Below, piece by piece: positions 38,693 to 48,001 of a stretch of 64,000 nucleotides of DNA. This stretch comes from Succinivibrio sp. (lineage in GTDB: Bacteria; Pseudomonadota; Gammaproteobacteria; Enterobacterales; Succinivibrionaceae). The translations under genes were made by a program, and so were the position numbers. The stretch lies in contig JBJFET010000139.1 in assembly GCA_051891035.1 (NCBI GenBank), forward strand, positions 4,678-68,677, read 5' to 3'. Under the pieces are notes generated by a model, which had not been told where the DNA came from, made no database searches, and saw only the letters and a program-made list of their open reading frames with translations. Numbering within the stretch: the first letter of the stretch is position 1; each line of letters opens with the position of its first letter.

Positions 38693-39532
38693 ATGGTTAA
38701 TAGTATTGTTAAAGTTTTAAGAATCGGAGCTGCAGCTGTTATTCTATGTTCATTTTCAGCCTACAGCGCAAATGATCAGGTTGCTCAGTTACAGAGAAAT
38801 CTTTTGAGCCTTCAGAACAGAGTTCAGGATCTTGAGAATCAGTTGGCTGAATCTGAAGGACAGATTGAATCACTCAATCATGAGATTGAAGAGCTAAGAG
38901 CAGAGAATTCAAGATTAAAGAGCACTGCTAATGTTGGACTCAAGGGGCAGGAAGGAACAGCACAGGAGAAAGTGGCTGCAAACTCCTTATCAGATAGCAC
39001 TGATGAAGCACACAGCAACAAGCTCTCATCAGATGTAGGTGACTCAAGCGGTACTATTTCAAAGAGCAAGCTGTCAAATCAGAAAGCCGTGGCACAGAAT
39101 AATATTACCCCTGATAAAAAGACCGCTGTTGCATCCTCAGACGATCTTATTGCTGCAGATGAGAGCGCAACTAAGCAGTATCAGGCAGCATACAAGCTGC
39201 TGACAGACAATAAGCTCGATAGCGCAGCCAAAGCCTTTAATGCCTATGTCAACAAGTATCCAAAAAACTCACTGACACCTAATGCCTGGTATTGGTTAGG
39301 TCAGGTGCAGTACAAGCAGAAAAAGTATGCTGAGGCTCGTGTAAGTTTTTTAAACACAGCAAAATTCAAGAATGCTCCAAAGCGTGCTGATGCATTATAT
39401 AAGCTTGGAGTTACCTCAAGCGCACTTGGTGACAATGAAAAGGCAAAACGCTTCTATGAGGTATTGATTAAGACATACCCATCAAGCAGTTCTGCAGTAC
39501 TGGCAAGGAAGGAACTGTCCAAACTGAACTAG
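38693..39532 (+). CDS. cpoB: Tol-pal system protein CpoB (YbgF)
   Basis: Signal peptide from ATG 38693, N-terminal coiled coil, C-terminal TPRs (PNAWYWLGQ, ADALYKLG, YPSS). Confidence 0.93.
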   Translation: MVNSIVKVLRIGAAAVILCSFSAYSANDQVAQLQRNLLSLQNRVQDLENQLAESEGQIESLNHEIEELRAENSRLKSTANVGLKGQEGTAQEKVAANSLSDSTDEAHSNKLSSDVGDSSGTISKSKLSNQKAVAQNNITPDKKTAVASSDDLIAADESATKQYQAAYKLLTDNKLDSAAKAFNAYVNKYPKNSLTPNAWYWLGQVQYKQKKYAEARVSFLNTAKFKNAPKRADALYKLGVTSSALGDNEKAKRFYEVLIKTYPSSSSAVLARKELSKLN

Positions 39533-39582
39533 CATTTATAAGCCATTTGGTAAAATAAATATTTATTTTGTTAAAAAAATGC

Positions 39583-39618
39583 TTGCAAGAGCACAAATTT
39601 TTAGTAAAATAGTCGCCG
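39583..39618 (+). promoter_or_regulatory. Sigma70 stable-RNA promoter for the tRNA operon
   Basis: TTGCAA, 16 bp, TAAAAT; A/T-rich UP-like tract upstream; GC-rich discriminator gtcgccg. Confidence 0.75.
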
Positions 39619-39653
39619 TTGATTAGTTCAACAAAAAATAAGTTCTGATGATT

Positions 39654-39729
39654 GGGTCGTTAGCTCAGTCGGTAGAGCAGCGGACTTTTAATCCGTTGGT
39701 CGAGAGTTCGAATCTCTCACGACCCACCA
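39654..39729 (+). tRNA. tRNA-Lys(UUU)
   Basis: Cloverleaf GGGTCGT..anticodon loop CTTTTAA..TTCGAAT..ACGACCC-ACCA. Confidence 0.97.
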
Positions 39730-39750
39730 TTCAGGCTTCTTTTTAACGCT

Positions 39751-39826
39751 GGGTTGTTAGCTCAGTTGGTAGAGCAGCGGACTCTTAATCCGTTGGTCGC
39801 GGGTTCGACCCCCTCACAACCCACCA
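39751..39826 (+). tRNA. tRNA-Lys(CUU), copy 1
   Basis: GGGTTGT..loop CTCTTAA..TTCGACC..ACAACCC-ACCA. Confidence 0.95.
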
Positions 39827-39852
39827 TGCGTTAAAAAGAAAAAGCTTCAAGT

Positions 39853-39928
39853 GGGTTGTTAGCTCAGTTGGTAGAGCAGCGGACTCTTAATCCGTTGGTC
39901 GCGGGTTCGACCCCCTCACAACCCACCA
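39853..39928 (+). tRNA. tRNA-Lys(CUU), copy 2 (identical to copy 1)
   Basis: Exact repeat of 39751-39826. Confidence 0.95.
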
Positions 39929-39931
39929 CTT

Positions 39932-40009
39932 GGATGCTTAGCTCAGTCTGGTTAGAGCATCTGCCTTACAAGCAGAGGGTCATAGGTTCGAGTCCTATAG
40001 CATCCACCA
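39932..40009 (+). tRNA. tRNA-Val(UAC)
   Basis: GGATGCT..loop CTTACAA..TTCGAGT..AGCATCC-ACCA. Confidence 0.96.
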
Positions 40010-40016
40010 TCTAAAT

Positions 40017-40046
40017 GGCAACCGAGAGGATGCTTTTTTTATTTTT
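40017..40046 (+). terminator. Probable terminator of the tRNA operon
   Basis: ggcaacc-gaga-ggatgct imperfect stem with a GNRA loop, followed by a long T-run. Confidence 0.6.
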
Positions 40047-40708
40047 ACCCTCGACTTTTGTGGTTCTCCCGCAATTTTGTTCTAGCACTGATTTTAACTA
40101 AACAAAATTCATATTTAGACTGTGCTACCTTAGGCAATGGACGAGGTATTACCTCTGAAGCTCTTTTTATCCTTAAGCTCTCAATCAAAGTTCTTACACT
40201 ATTTTTTTTAACTCCTCAAAAATTCAGTAAATATAGTTTACTTACTGAAATATCAGAAAAAAGTTCCGACACTTTTAGTAAAACAACTTGATTGTTTCTT
40301 AACAGGAATATAAGAAAATACTTACATTTTTTATATTAAATATCGAATATTATTATGGATCTTAGCTATGCTGTTGCAAGTTTTGGTGGGAATAAAAACA
40401 GCAGATGAATATGCTCTTCTTCTTCTTATCCATCAAATTCGATTAAAGTTGCTCGAGCTGTCAGCAGACAGTTTTAAAAATGATTTTAAGAGTCTTTAGA
40501 ATTTGAGCTGTGCAACTTTTTCTGTGGTATTTAGTCGCAAAGACTAGATGAACATGCAGATAAAAAGTAGAATGTCTAGTATGATAAACAACAGTTTTTA
40601 TCGAGATAGCAAAGGATTAAATGAAAGTAGCAGATAACCAGTTCAGATTAGCATATAAAGGTAAAACCTGGGCAGGCTCACCTTTTGCGTCTGTTCTGCA
40701 GATTGGTT

Positions 40709-40970
40709 ATGGCCAAAGCAGGTCTGAATCGCTCCATACCTAAAGAGTGGTTAGGAGAGCAGGTAAGACAGCTTGAGTATAAGCTAAAACACAAAGGCGG
40801 GATCTTTATCTGAGGGAGCGCAACCTCTCAAGAAGGTGTACCAGGTGTGGTCATATAGATCAGGAAAACAGCAAAACTCAGACAGGCTTTTGTTGTGTTA
40901 AATGCGGTTACTCCAACAATGCAGACATAGTTGGAGCCAACAATATAAAAGGGCAGGACATGCCAGGCTT
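40709..40970 (+). pseudogene. tnpB: Decayed tnpB (IS200/IS605 family) C-terminal fragment
   Basis: Broken frames read AKAGLNRSI..RQLEYK..KGG (TGA at 40811), then TSQ, then CTRCGH..FCCVKCGYSNNADIVGANNI (zinc finger + RuvC-III), then RAGHARL; one stop and two frameshifts. Confidence 0.88.
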
Positions 40971-41130
40971 AGGAGTGAGTCTAGTCAAAAAACTAGAGCC
41001 GCTGTAGTGTTTAAAAGACTGCAGCTGAGTGTCCCTCATAAGAGGTCAGCTACTCCAACCCACCCAAGCAAGCTAAGCAATTAGCCTCTGCAGTAGGGAT
41101 CCTCTTGCTTGAGCAAGAGGAGGATGTCAA
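40709..41130 (+). mobile_element. IS200/IS605-family remnant with an intact right end
   Basis: gtagggatcctcttgcttgagcaagaggaggatgTCAA: subterminal hairpin at 41100-41121 and TCAA terminus typical of IS605/IS1341 right ends; no tnpA or left end recognised. Confidence 0.82.
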
Positions 41131-41150
41131 ATGATAAATTCTAGGTATTA
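40950..41150 (+). ncRNA. Putative TnpB omega/reRNA scaffold plus guide
   Basis: Series of hairpins (tctagt..actaga; gctgtagt..actgcagc; agctga..tcagct; gctaa..ttagc; right-end hairpin) ending at TCAA; boundaries inferred. Confidence 0.45.
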
Positions 41151-41164
41151 GTGTTTCATATAAG

Positions 41165-44100
41165 GTGAATACTGTGAAAGACAATAAGCCAGTTACAATC
41201 AAGACAATAGAAAAGGTTATTTCAAGAGATATCAGAGCTGAATTCAATCGAGAATTTGATCTGATTTCCAATTCCGGCATCCAGTTTCTAGATTTTGAGA
41301 TTGATTTTGATTCAGAAAAGAATCCTGAAAACGAGATAAATCTAACCTCAGATGATGAAAAAATATATCCAGAGCAGATCAAATTCGGTAAGTTTGTCAG
41401 AATTGAAGAGCTGGGTAATCATTATGCGCGTTTTCGTTTAAATAAAACACAGGATGCCTATGTGGTTGATGACTGCATCAGTGATGGCAGGGAATATCTT
41501 AATAAGTACACTCTTTCACTTGAAGAATATCAGTTTGATAGTGAAACAGATGTTTACATGATTGATTCATTAAGATTGTACAACGGCATCTGGTTTCCTA
41601 TTCCTTACTTCAGCAACAAGACCAACTGCGGACCTACCAACTGGGCTAGAGCCAGAGTAGTAAATCTTTCTGATCCGAAAATGGCAGAAGAGAAAGGTGG
41701 TCGCTATCATCTGACACTGGCATTTGATACCTCTCTTGAAGAGCAGAATGAGGATGGTCTTAACCTGACAGCACCAAGATTAAGGGATATTGATACGGCT
41801 TTCTCTTTTAGAGATGGCATTGAGGCAACAGAGCTTTTAAACGGCGTAGATGGCACAAGTTATGTAAGTGAATGGTCCAAGAGCATTCTAAAGGAGATCT
41901 ACCCACAGTCAGTCAATGAAACAGCAGAGAAGTACAAGGCAGAGAGTGATGATGGTGAGTATATAAAGACACAGCTTTATGAAAAGCACTATCTTAATAT
42001 GCTGTTTTTCCTAAGACATTTTTTCATGCCAAATGAAATCAAGCTACGAACATTTGACGAGTATAACAGCAGATCAGATCAGGCTCTTAATGTCAGTCTG
42101 ATCCTTGATATCGGTAATTCACGTACCTGTGGCCTTCTGGTAGAGGAGGGAACCTCCATGACCAGCACAGATACCTTCCCTAACAGTACCCCTCTTGCCA
42201 TCAGAGATCTGAATGCTCCTGAGAATGTGTATACGGGAGCTTTTTCAAGCAGAATTCAGTTCCAGATGGCAAATTTTGATTTTAACAATTGCTCTTCACT
42301 GTCTTCCCGTCTTAATGCGTTTGTCTGGCCTTCTCTTGCCAGAGTGGGAACTGAGGCAGCCAATCTTGAGGCATTGAAAGTTGGAAATGAGGGTAATACC
42401 GGATTGAACTCTCCAAAGCGCTATCTGTGGAAAATCACTGATGCTCCTCGCTCTGAGTGGAAGTTCAATTCAAATTCATATCAGATACCTGTATACAAGC
42501 GCAATGAAAAAAATGATAAGCTCTATCTGGAGATGAACAGGTCACAGCAGACTGAAAGTGCAGCTATCTATTATCAGGTTTCCAGGTTTATGAACTCATC
42601 TGGTGATGCTCTGTTTGCAAACACTGGCGACTCCAGTCAGTTAAAGGCAAATTATACTGGAAAGTCAGCAATGACCTTTATGCTCATTGAGATCATTCTG
42701 CAGGCAATGATGCAGATGAACAGTTTCTATTACAGAAACTCGATGGAAGATCATTCCCTGCCAAGAAAATTAAGGTCAATTGTTCTTACAACACCACCTT
42801 CAATGCCTGATGTTGAAAAGGAGCTCTTCAGATCATGCGCCTATCAGGCACTGGGTATAATCTGGAAGGCATACGGCTATGACAAGACTCCTGCAACCGA
42901 GTTCTGCTTTAGAACAAAGTCAAATCAGATGTATCCTCAGGTTCCACTGATCTTTTTAAAGTGGGATGAAACGCTCTCAGGACAGATGGTATATCTGTAT
43001 AACGAAACACAGAGAGTCTTTAACGGCAACTGCAAGGATTTCATCAAGGAAATCAGACGATCGGATGCAGATGGCCGATTCAATGAGATAAGCAGGCCTC
43101 AGCTGGGCAAAGATCCAGTTCACTCTGTATCAGCCCGCATTGCCTCAATCGATATTGGCGGCGGTACCACCGATCTGGTAATTGCAGATTATGCCTTCCC
43201 AGACAAACGTCTAAAGGATGAGTGTGACTATGGCAACAAAGATGCTGAGGGAACAGAGATTGGCAATCAGAACGGCTCTATCAGAATAAGAGAGGTTTTA
43301 AAGGATGGCTTCAAGATAGCAGGTGATGATCTGGTACTTGATATCATCAGATCAGTCATCATTCCAAAGGTTGGAGGAGATGAACTTAAAAAGGTTGTAG
43401 GACTTTCATCAAGCTCAGATGTAAGCGTAAGACAGGCAAGAGTACAGACTGTAGAGCAGATCTTCTCAAAGGTTGCCTACAGAATAATCTCAAGACTTGA
43501 GGCTTTAGACAAGGTTCCAGCTGGAGTGACCGACATTGTCACACAAGGCACCGTTGAGGATTTTATCCTCTGCAAAGACAGATGTAATGTGGATATTCTG
43601 AACAATCCTGAGGAAGAGGTAATTCTCAAGGGTGACAGAAAAGTCGTGGATGAATCTGTAATCAAGTTCTTAAACAGTGAGCTTGGAGAAGACTTCAATC
43701 TTTTAGGCAGAAAACTGAGCGTTGATCTTTACAGATTAAATTATGATCTTTCAAGAGACGGATCATCTGATCTTGGAAAATGTCTCAACTATCTGAACAC
43801 CATAGTAAATTCTTTTGGCTGTGACGTTCTGCTTCTGACCGGAAGACCATCAAAGATCCCTGGTATCAGAAAGCTTATTGAGAGCAAATCATCACTGTCA
43901 CGCTATAGAATCATTCCAATGCACAGTTACAGATGCGGTGGCTGGTATCCTTCATTTGGCTCAACTGACGGAACAATCGGTGATCCAAAATCCACAGTGG
44001 TGGTCGGAGCTCTTTTAGGCTATACCAAGATATCTGATTCAAGCAAGCTCATGAATTTCAGAATTGATACCAATCTTCTGCCATCACCATCTCCAATGAG

Positions 44101-45166
44101 ATTCTTTGGTGCACTTGATAATACCAATAAGCTTAACAAGGATGACCTCCTTTATAAGTTTACAAGCACTAGCGAGAGAAGCTACGATGATGACATCTCA
44201 ATGAGCATGTATGACAGAGACATAGTTTTTACCAAGTTCAACGCAGACGATCTGAAAATAGAAAAGATAGGAGAGGATGACTCCCGCAATATCAACACAG
44301 AACTGTCCCTCAATCTTGGATACAGACAGTTTGCTGATGATGCCTTTATGGCAAACATGCTATATACACTTGAGCCATACGCAAGTGTCAATGATTTAAA
44401 GAAGGTCAAGGATACAAGGAACTGGACTATTCCTGATGACATTGAGCTTACTTCAGAATATCTTGAGAAAATGAAAAACACAGAAGATGGACTTATCTTC
44501 AAGCTCAGGAAGGTTGGTGTTCCATGCACTCTGGAGTGTGCAGAAAAGCTTGAAAATGAATTCAGGGAAAACTGTACAATTTATGAGGGTGAAGTTGAGC
44601 GTCTTATTGCACAAAGAGAGCAGGCAGAAAAGGAGCAGCTCTCTGCTAGTGAGAGCAAGTCTGGAATTTTTGGCAGACTCTTTGGAAAAAAGAAAGAGGA
44701 TGATTCTCCTTCATTCTCAACTTTAGATCTTCAGCATGAAATAAATTCAAAAATTGCAGAGCTCACCAGACAGTATCGTATAAGTATCAACCGAAAGATG
44801 AGCCAGATCCTAGAGGATGGAATTGGTCAGTATAAAGACATGTTAGGAGCAAAGCTTGAGTCCATCAAGAATAAAATCAACGGCTTTCAGACTGATGAAA
44901 AGATGCGCTTTAATATTACAATCGATGGCGCATCCATCTCCGGTAGCGAAGAAAAATGCAAGGATTCACCAATTACTGAATGCATAAGGTTCATGAGACA
45001 GGAAGATCCTGAAAATGCTCTTACCATCTTTATGATGTGGATTAATGATGCAAAACAGAATGACAGTTCAAAGACTCCGGTAAAAGACTTCCTGAATCTA
45101 AGGCTGAAGACCGTATCAGGTTCGGATGAAGAGTATTGGACAAATACAGGTATACTTCTCAGGTAA
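41165..45166 (+). CDS. srfB: SrfB-family protein; actin/Hsp70 (ASKHA) ATPase fold
   Basis: GPTNWARAR, LAFDT, ILDIGNSRTCG, VLTTPP, WDET, IASIDIGGGTTDLVI, GFKIAGDD, LLLTGRPSKIPGI, IGDPKSTVVVGA, YWTNTG; GTG start at 41165 or 41174. Confidence 0.92.
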   Translation: MNTVKDNKPVTIKTIEKVISRDIRAEFNREFDLISNSGIQFLDFEIDFDSEKNPENEINLTSDDEKIYPEQIKFGKFVRIEELGNHYARFRLNKTQDAYVVDDCISDGREYLNKYTLSLEEYQFDSETDVYMIDSLRLYNGIWFPIPYFSNKTNCGPTNWARARVVNLSDPKMAEEKGGRYHLTLAFDTSLEEQNEDGLNLTAPRLRDIDTAFSFRDGIEATELLNGVDGTSYVSEWSKSILKEIYPQSVNETAEKYKAESDDGEYIKTQLYEKHYLNMLFFLRHFFMPNEIKLRTFDEYNSRSDQALNVSLILDIGNSRTCGLLVEEGTSMTSTDTFPNSTPLAIRDLNAPENVYTGAFSSRIQFQMANFDFNNCSSLSSRLNAFVWPSLARVGTEAANLEALKVGNEGNTGLNSPKRYLWKITDAPRSEWKFNSNSYQIPVYKRNEKNDKLYLEMNRSQQTESAAIYYQVSRFMNSSGDALFANTGDSSQLKANYTGKSAMTFMLIEIILQAMMQMNSFYYRNSMEDHSLPRKLRSIVLTTPPSMPDVEKELFRSCAYQALGIIWKAYGYDKTPATEFCFRTKSNQMYPQVPLIFLKWDETLSGQMVYLYNETQRVFNGNCKDFIKEIRRSDADGRFNEISRPQLGKDPVHSVSARIASIDIGGGTTDLVIADYAFPDKRLKDECDYGNKDAEGTEIGNQNGSIRIREVLKDGFKIAGDDLVLDIIRSVIIPKVGGDELKKVVGLSSSSDVSVRQARVQTVEQIFSKVAYRIISRLEALDKVPAGVTDIVTQGTVEDFILCKDRCNVDILNNPEEEVILKGDRKVVDESVIKFLNSELGEDFNLLGRKLSVDLYRLNYDLSRDGSSDLGKCLNYLNTIVNSFGCDVLLLTGRPSKIPGIRKLIESKSSLSRYRIIPMHSYRCGGWYPSFGSTDGTIGDPKSTVVVGALLGYTKISDSSKLMNFRIDTNLLPSPSPMRFFGALDNTNKLNKDDLLYKFTSTSERSYDDDISMSMYDRDIVFTKFNADDLKIEKIGEDDSRNINTELSLNLGYRQFADDAFMANMLYTLEPYASVNDLKKVKDTRNWTIPDDIELTSEYLEKMKNTEDGLIFKLRKVGVPCTLECAEKLENEFRENCTIYEGEVERLIAQREQAEKEQLSASESKSGIFGRLFGKKKEDDSPSFSTLDLQHEINSKIAELTRQYRISINRKMSQILEDGIGQYKDMLGAKLESIKNKINGFQTDEKMRFNITIDGASISGSEEKCKDSPITECIRFMRQEDPENALTIFMMWINDAKQNDSSKTPVKDFLNLRLKTVSGSDEEYWTNTGILLR

Positions 45167-45175
45167 GGTTTAATC

Positions 45176-47977
45176 ATGGCAGACAACAGATATACTGATA
45201 ACAATCTTGATAAGGTGGCCTCATCATGTGAGAACATCATCACATGGTTTGACGGGGTTGATGACGAGAAGATAAAGGCACAGAGAAACAGACTTGAGAT
45301 AGATTTATGCAATCTTATCAATGAGTCAAAGGCTGCCCATGAGGTACTTCCTGTAAAAACAACTCTAGGTGTGTTCGGTGCTTCCCAGGCTGGCAAGAGT
45401 TATCTTGTGTCAACTCTTGCATCTTTTGAAGGAGATGATCTTACAGCAGAGTTTGATGGGGGAAAGATAAGCTTCTTTCTGCACATGAATCCTACAGGTT
45501 CAGATACTGAGGCAACCGGTATTGTCACCCGCTTTACCAAAAATGCCAAGAGCAGAAATATCAAGGGCTTTCCATTCAGAGTCAAGGTGTTTACAGAGTC
45601 AGATCTTGTAAAGATTCTGATTAATTCCTATTTTGCTGATCTTGCTCTAAAGACAGATAACATTGACTATTATTCTGAGCAGAATGCATATCTTTCTGAC
45701 AGAAAAAATATTGAAGCTCTGTTTATGGATCTTGAAAAGGATGAGTATGCACTTAAGGATGAGATAAATCCTGTCAGGGACTATGACATTATCTCTATTG
45801 CGCAGTATGTTCAGAAAAAGGCTGAAGGCTGTGACCTTTCTGATGCCAACAAGTACCCATTAGACTGTGAACTGTGGACAAAGGCAAGAAAGATTGTTTC
45901 AAAGCTGAATTTTGCCGGTCGCAGCAGACTGTTTTCCGTTTTATGGAATAACAACGCTCCTTTTACCAGAATCTTTTCCACCATAGGCAGACAGTTGCTT
46001 GAACTTGAAGGTGCAACTGAGGTCTATGTACCTGTAAACTGCTTTGTAGATGATCCTTCACTGCCATATGACAGGCTTACAAAGCGCAGAGGTGGAACCT
46101 TGATCGACATCGGTGCAATAAAGTCGATTCTGGATGTCACAAATGATGATTCACAGTCTGTTGATGTCTGCATCATTGACAGCTCTGGAGAGGAAAAGAT
46201 AAGAAAGATCCTCTTCCCGACACTGGCATTTGCAGCAAGTGAGCTTTCATTCCCTCTTCCAAAGGAGAGTAATGCTGACTGTTTTGATGTACTAGATTTT
46301 CCAGGCTGCCGCTCAAGAAAGAGAGATGAGGTGTCAAAACTTGGAGAAACAGGGGCAAAGGCAGCAGATCTTACAGAGTACCTAAGACGAGGAAAGGTGG
46401 GATATCTATTTGAGCAGTACTGCACCCGCCGAGAGATTGATGTTCTCCTGTGGTGTATTTCTGTGTCAAAACAGCAGGAAGTTATTGATGAGCAGATAGA
46501 CAGTATTTCCTCATGGGTTAACTCAAATGTAGGAGCAGATGAGACTCAAAGAGCAAAATTTGCTCACAGTCCACTAGTTGGAGCATTCACCAGATTTGAT
46601 GACTGCATAACGCTTACAATTAAAGACAAGCAAAAAGACTATGATGGAATTCCTAAAAAGCTTGCAACAGCTCTGGAGTCCTTCCACAGAGGATGGCTTG
46701 ACAGCTGGGTGCAGGGGGAACCTTTCCATGATTTCTTCTTTGTAAGAAAGCCTAATATTCCTGACAGTGACAGACTGTACAATCTGGATGATACAGGCAA
46801 GGAATTATCCCTGCTTGATACAGAGAATGTGAAAAATCAGGTAGAAGCCTACAGGGAGAGAATTCTTGCTTGTAAGGAGATTAAATACGTTCACAAAGAC
46901 CCAGATGGCGTTGCAAGAACAGTTGATGAGGTGTTAAATCCATCTGACGGTGGTGTTAACTATCTGGCTGATTATTTAAGAAAGACTTTTGACGGTTATT
47001 CAGACAATAAAAAGCATACTGTTTCAAGAATAAAGGCCATGACAGAAGATCTGATCAAGAAGCTTGGAATGCTCTGCAACAGAACAGGTCTTGATGCGTT
47101 AAACAAGCTCAAGGCTCAGGCTGTAGATGATATCAGATCACTTGTGCAGTGTGAAAAGATGGCTGGAACACTGAGTGATTTCAGGCAGTTCATTGAAATT
47201 GACAAAGATAAGGCCAGAGAAGACTATCTGGCAAATCAGGCAGACAGCAAGGCAAATGGTTCATACCGTTTTGCCAAGACTTTAAGCCAGATGCGAGAGG
47301 AGAACATTTCAAGCATCTGTTCAGGAGCTTTCTTTGAGCATATGTTTGCAAATCTTAAAAACAGCTGGACACAAAAAGAGCAGGCAAGCGTCGAGGCCAT
47401 AACAGATGAGCAGTTAAGAAAGTCTGAGTATTCGTTCTTTATAAATGAGAATGACGGTCAGATTATCAGAAACGAGAAAGTATTAAGGGAGAAATTTGCA
47501 TCTTTGCTTACCCGCTTTACCACAGAGCTTAACAAGGCCTATTCAGTGCTTGGTGTTGAGGATGCGGTAGTCAAAAAGCTTGAGCCTTATGAAAAGGATC
47601 TGTCCACGAAGGGCAATCTTGCAGAAGGTCAGTGCATGAGAGCATTAAAGCTGATTTCTGACTTTAATACCTATCTGTATGTCGATAAGCTAGATAGCAG
47701 TGAAATCGAGCATTTTGACAGGAATGACACTGATAGAGAATTCTACAGGGAGAATATAGGTTATACCTCACGAAATATGTGTCTGGTACCAAATATTAGT
47801 AGCGCAATGGTTGAAAATATTGAGTCTCACTATCTGAATGATTATTTCAGTGTGCTTCTCAACCTAATCTGCGTAAAGAATCTGACTGCAAAGAGCCCAT
47901 ATAATGTTACTCCGGCTCAGGATGAGGCTCTGGCATCAGAGCTTTTGGTTATTGAAAATTCCATGACAGAAGAATAG
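45176..47977 (+). CDS. srfC: SrfC-family protein; dynamin-like P-loop GTPase motifs
   Basis: GVFGASQAGKSYLVS (G1), EATGIVTRF (G2), LDFPG (G3), FTRFD (G4), LRRGKVGYLFEQY, helical C-terminal half. Confidence 0.9.
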   Translation: MADNRYTDNNLDKVASSCENIITWFDGVDDEKIKAQRNRLEIDLCNLINESKAAHEVLPVKTTLGVFGASQAGKSYLVSTLASFEGDDLTAEFDGGKISFFLHMNPTGSDTEATGIVTRFTKNAKSRNIKGFPFRVKVFTESDLVKILINSYFADLALKTDNIDYYSEQNAYLSDRKNIEALFMDLEKDEYALKDEINPVRDYDIISIAQYVQKKAEGCDLSDANKYPLDCELWTKARKIVSKLNFAGRSRLFSVLWNNNAPFTRIFSTIGRQLLELEGATEVYVPVNCFVDDPSLPYDRLTKRRGGTLIDIGAIKSILDVTNDDSQSVDVCIIDSSGEEKIRKILFPTLAFAASELSFPLPKESNADCFDVLDFPGCRSRKRDEVSKLGETGAKAADLTEYLRRGKVGYLFEQYCTRREIDVLLWCISVSKQQEVIDEQIDSISSWVNSNVGADETQRAKFAHSPLVGAFTRFDDCITLTIKDKQKDYDGIPKKLATALESFHRGWLDSWVQGEPFHDFFFVRKPNIPDSDRLYNLDDTGKELSLLDTENVKNQVEAYRERILACKEIKYVHKDPDGVARTVDEVLNPSDGGVNYLADYLRKTFDGYSDNKKHTVSRIKAMTEDLIKKLGMLCNRTGLDALNKLKAQAVDDIRSLVQCEKMAGTLSDFRQFIEIDKDKAREDYLANQADSKANGSYRFAKTLSQMREENISSICSGAFFEHMFANLKNSWTQKEQASVEAITDEQLRKSEYSFFINENDGQIIRNEKVLREKFASLLTRFTTELNKAYSVLGVEDAVVKKLEPYEKDLSTKGNLAEGQCMRALKLISDFNTYLYVDKLDSSEIEHFDRNDTDREFYRENIGYTSRNMCLVPNISSAMVENIESHYLNDYFSVLLNLICVKNLTAKSPYNVTPAQDEALASELLVIENSMTEE

Positions 47978-48001
47978 AGATAATTTCATTTACAGGACAA
48001 A

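Noticed and set aside
39654-39928. Near-identical ~76-bp repeats with short spacers, superficially CRISPR-like
   Set aside because: They are tRNA-Lys genes with full cloverleaves and CCA ends; no cas genes are present.
40058-40291. 77-aa ORF downstream of the tRNAs
   Set aside because: No RBS, atypical AT-rich codons and no recognisable motif on either strand.
40902-41084. 60-aa ORF containing RAGHARL
   Set aside because: A frameshifted piece of the tnpB tail running into the IS right end, not an independent gene.
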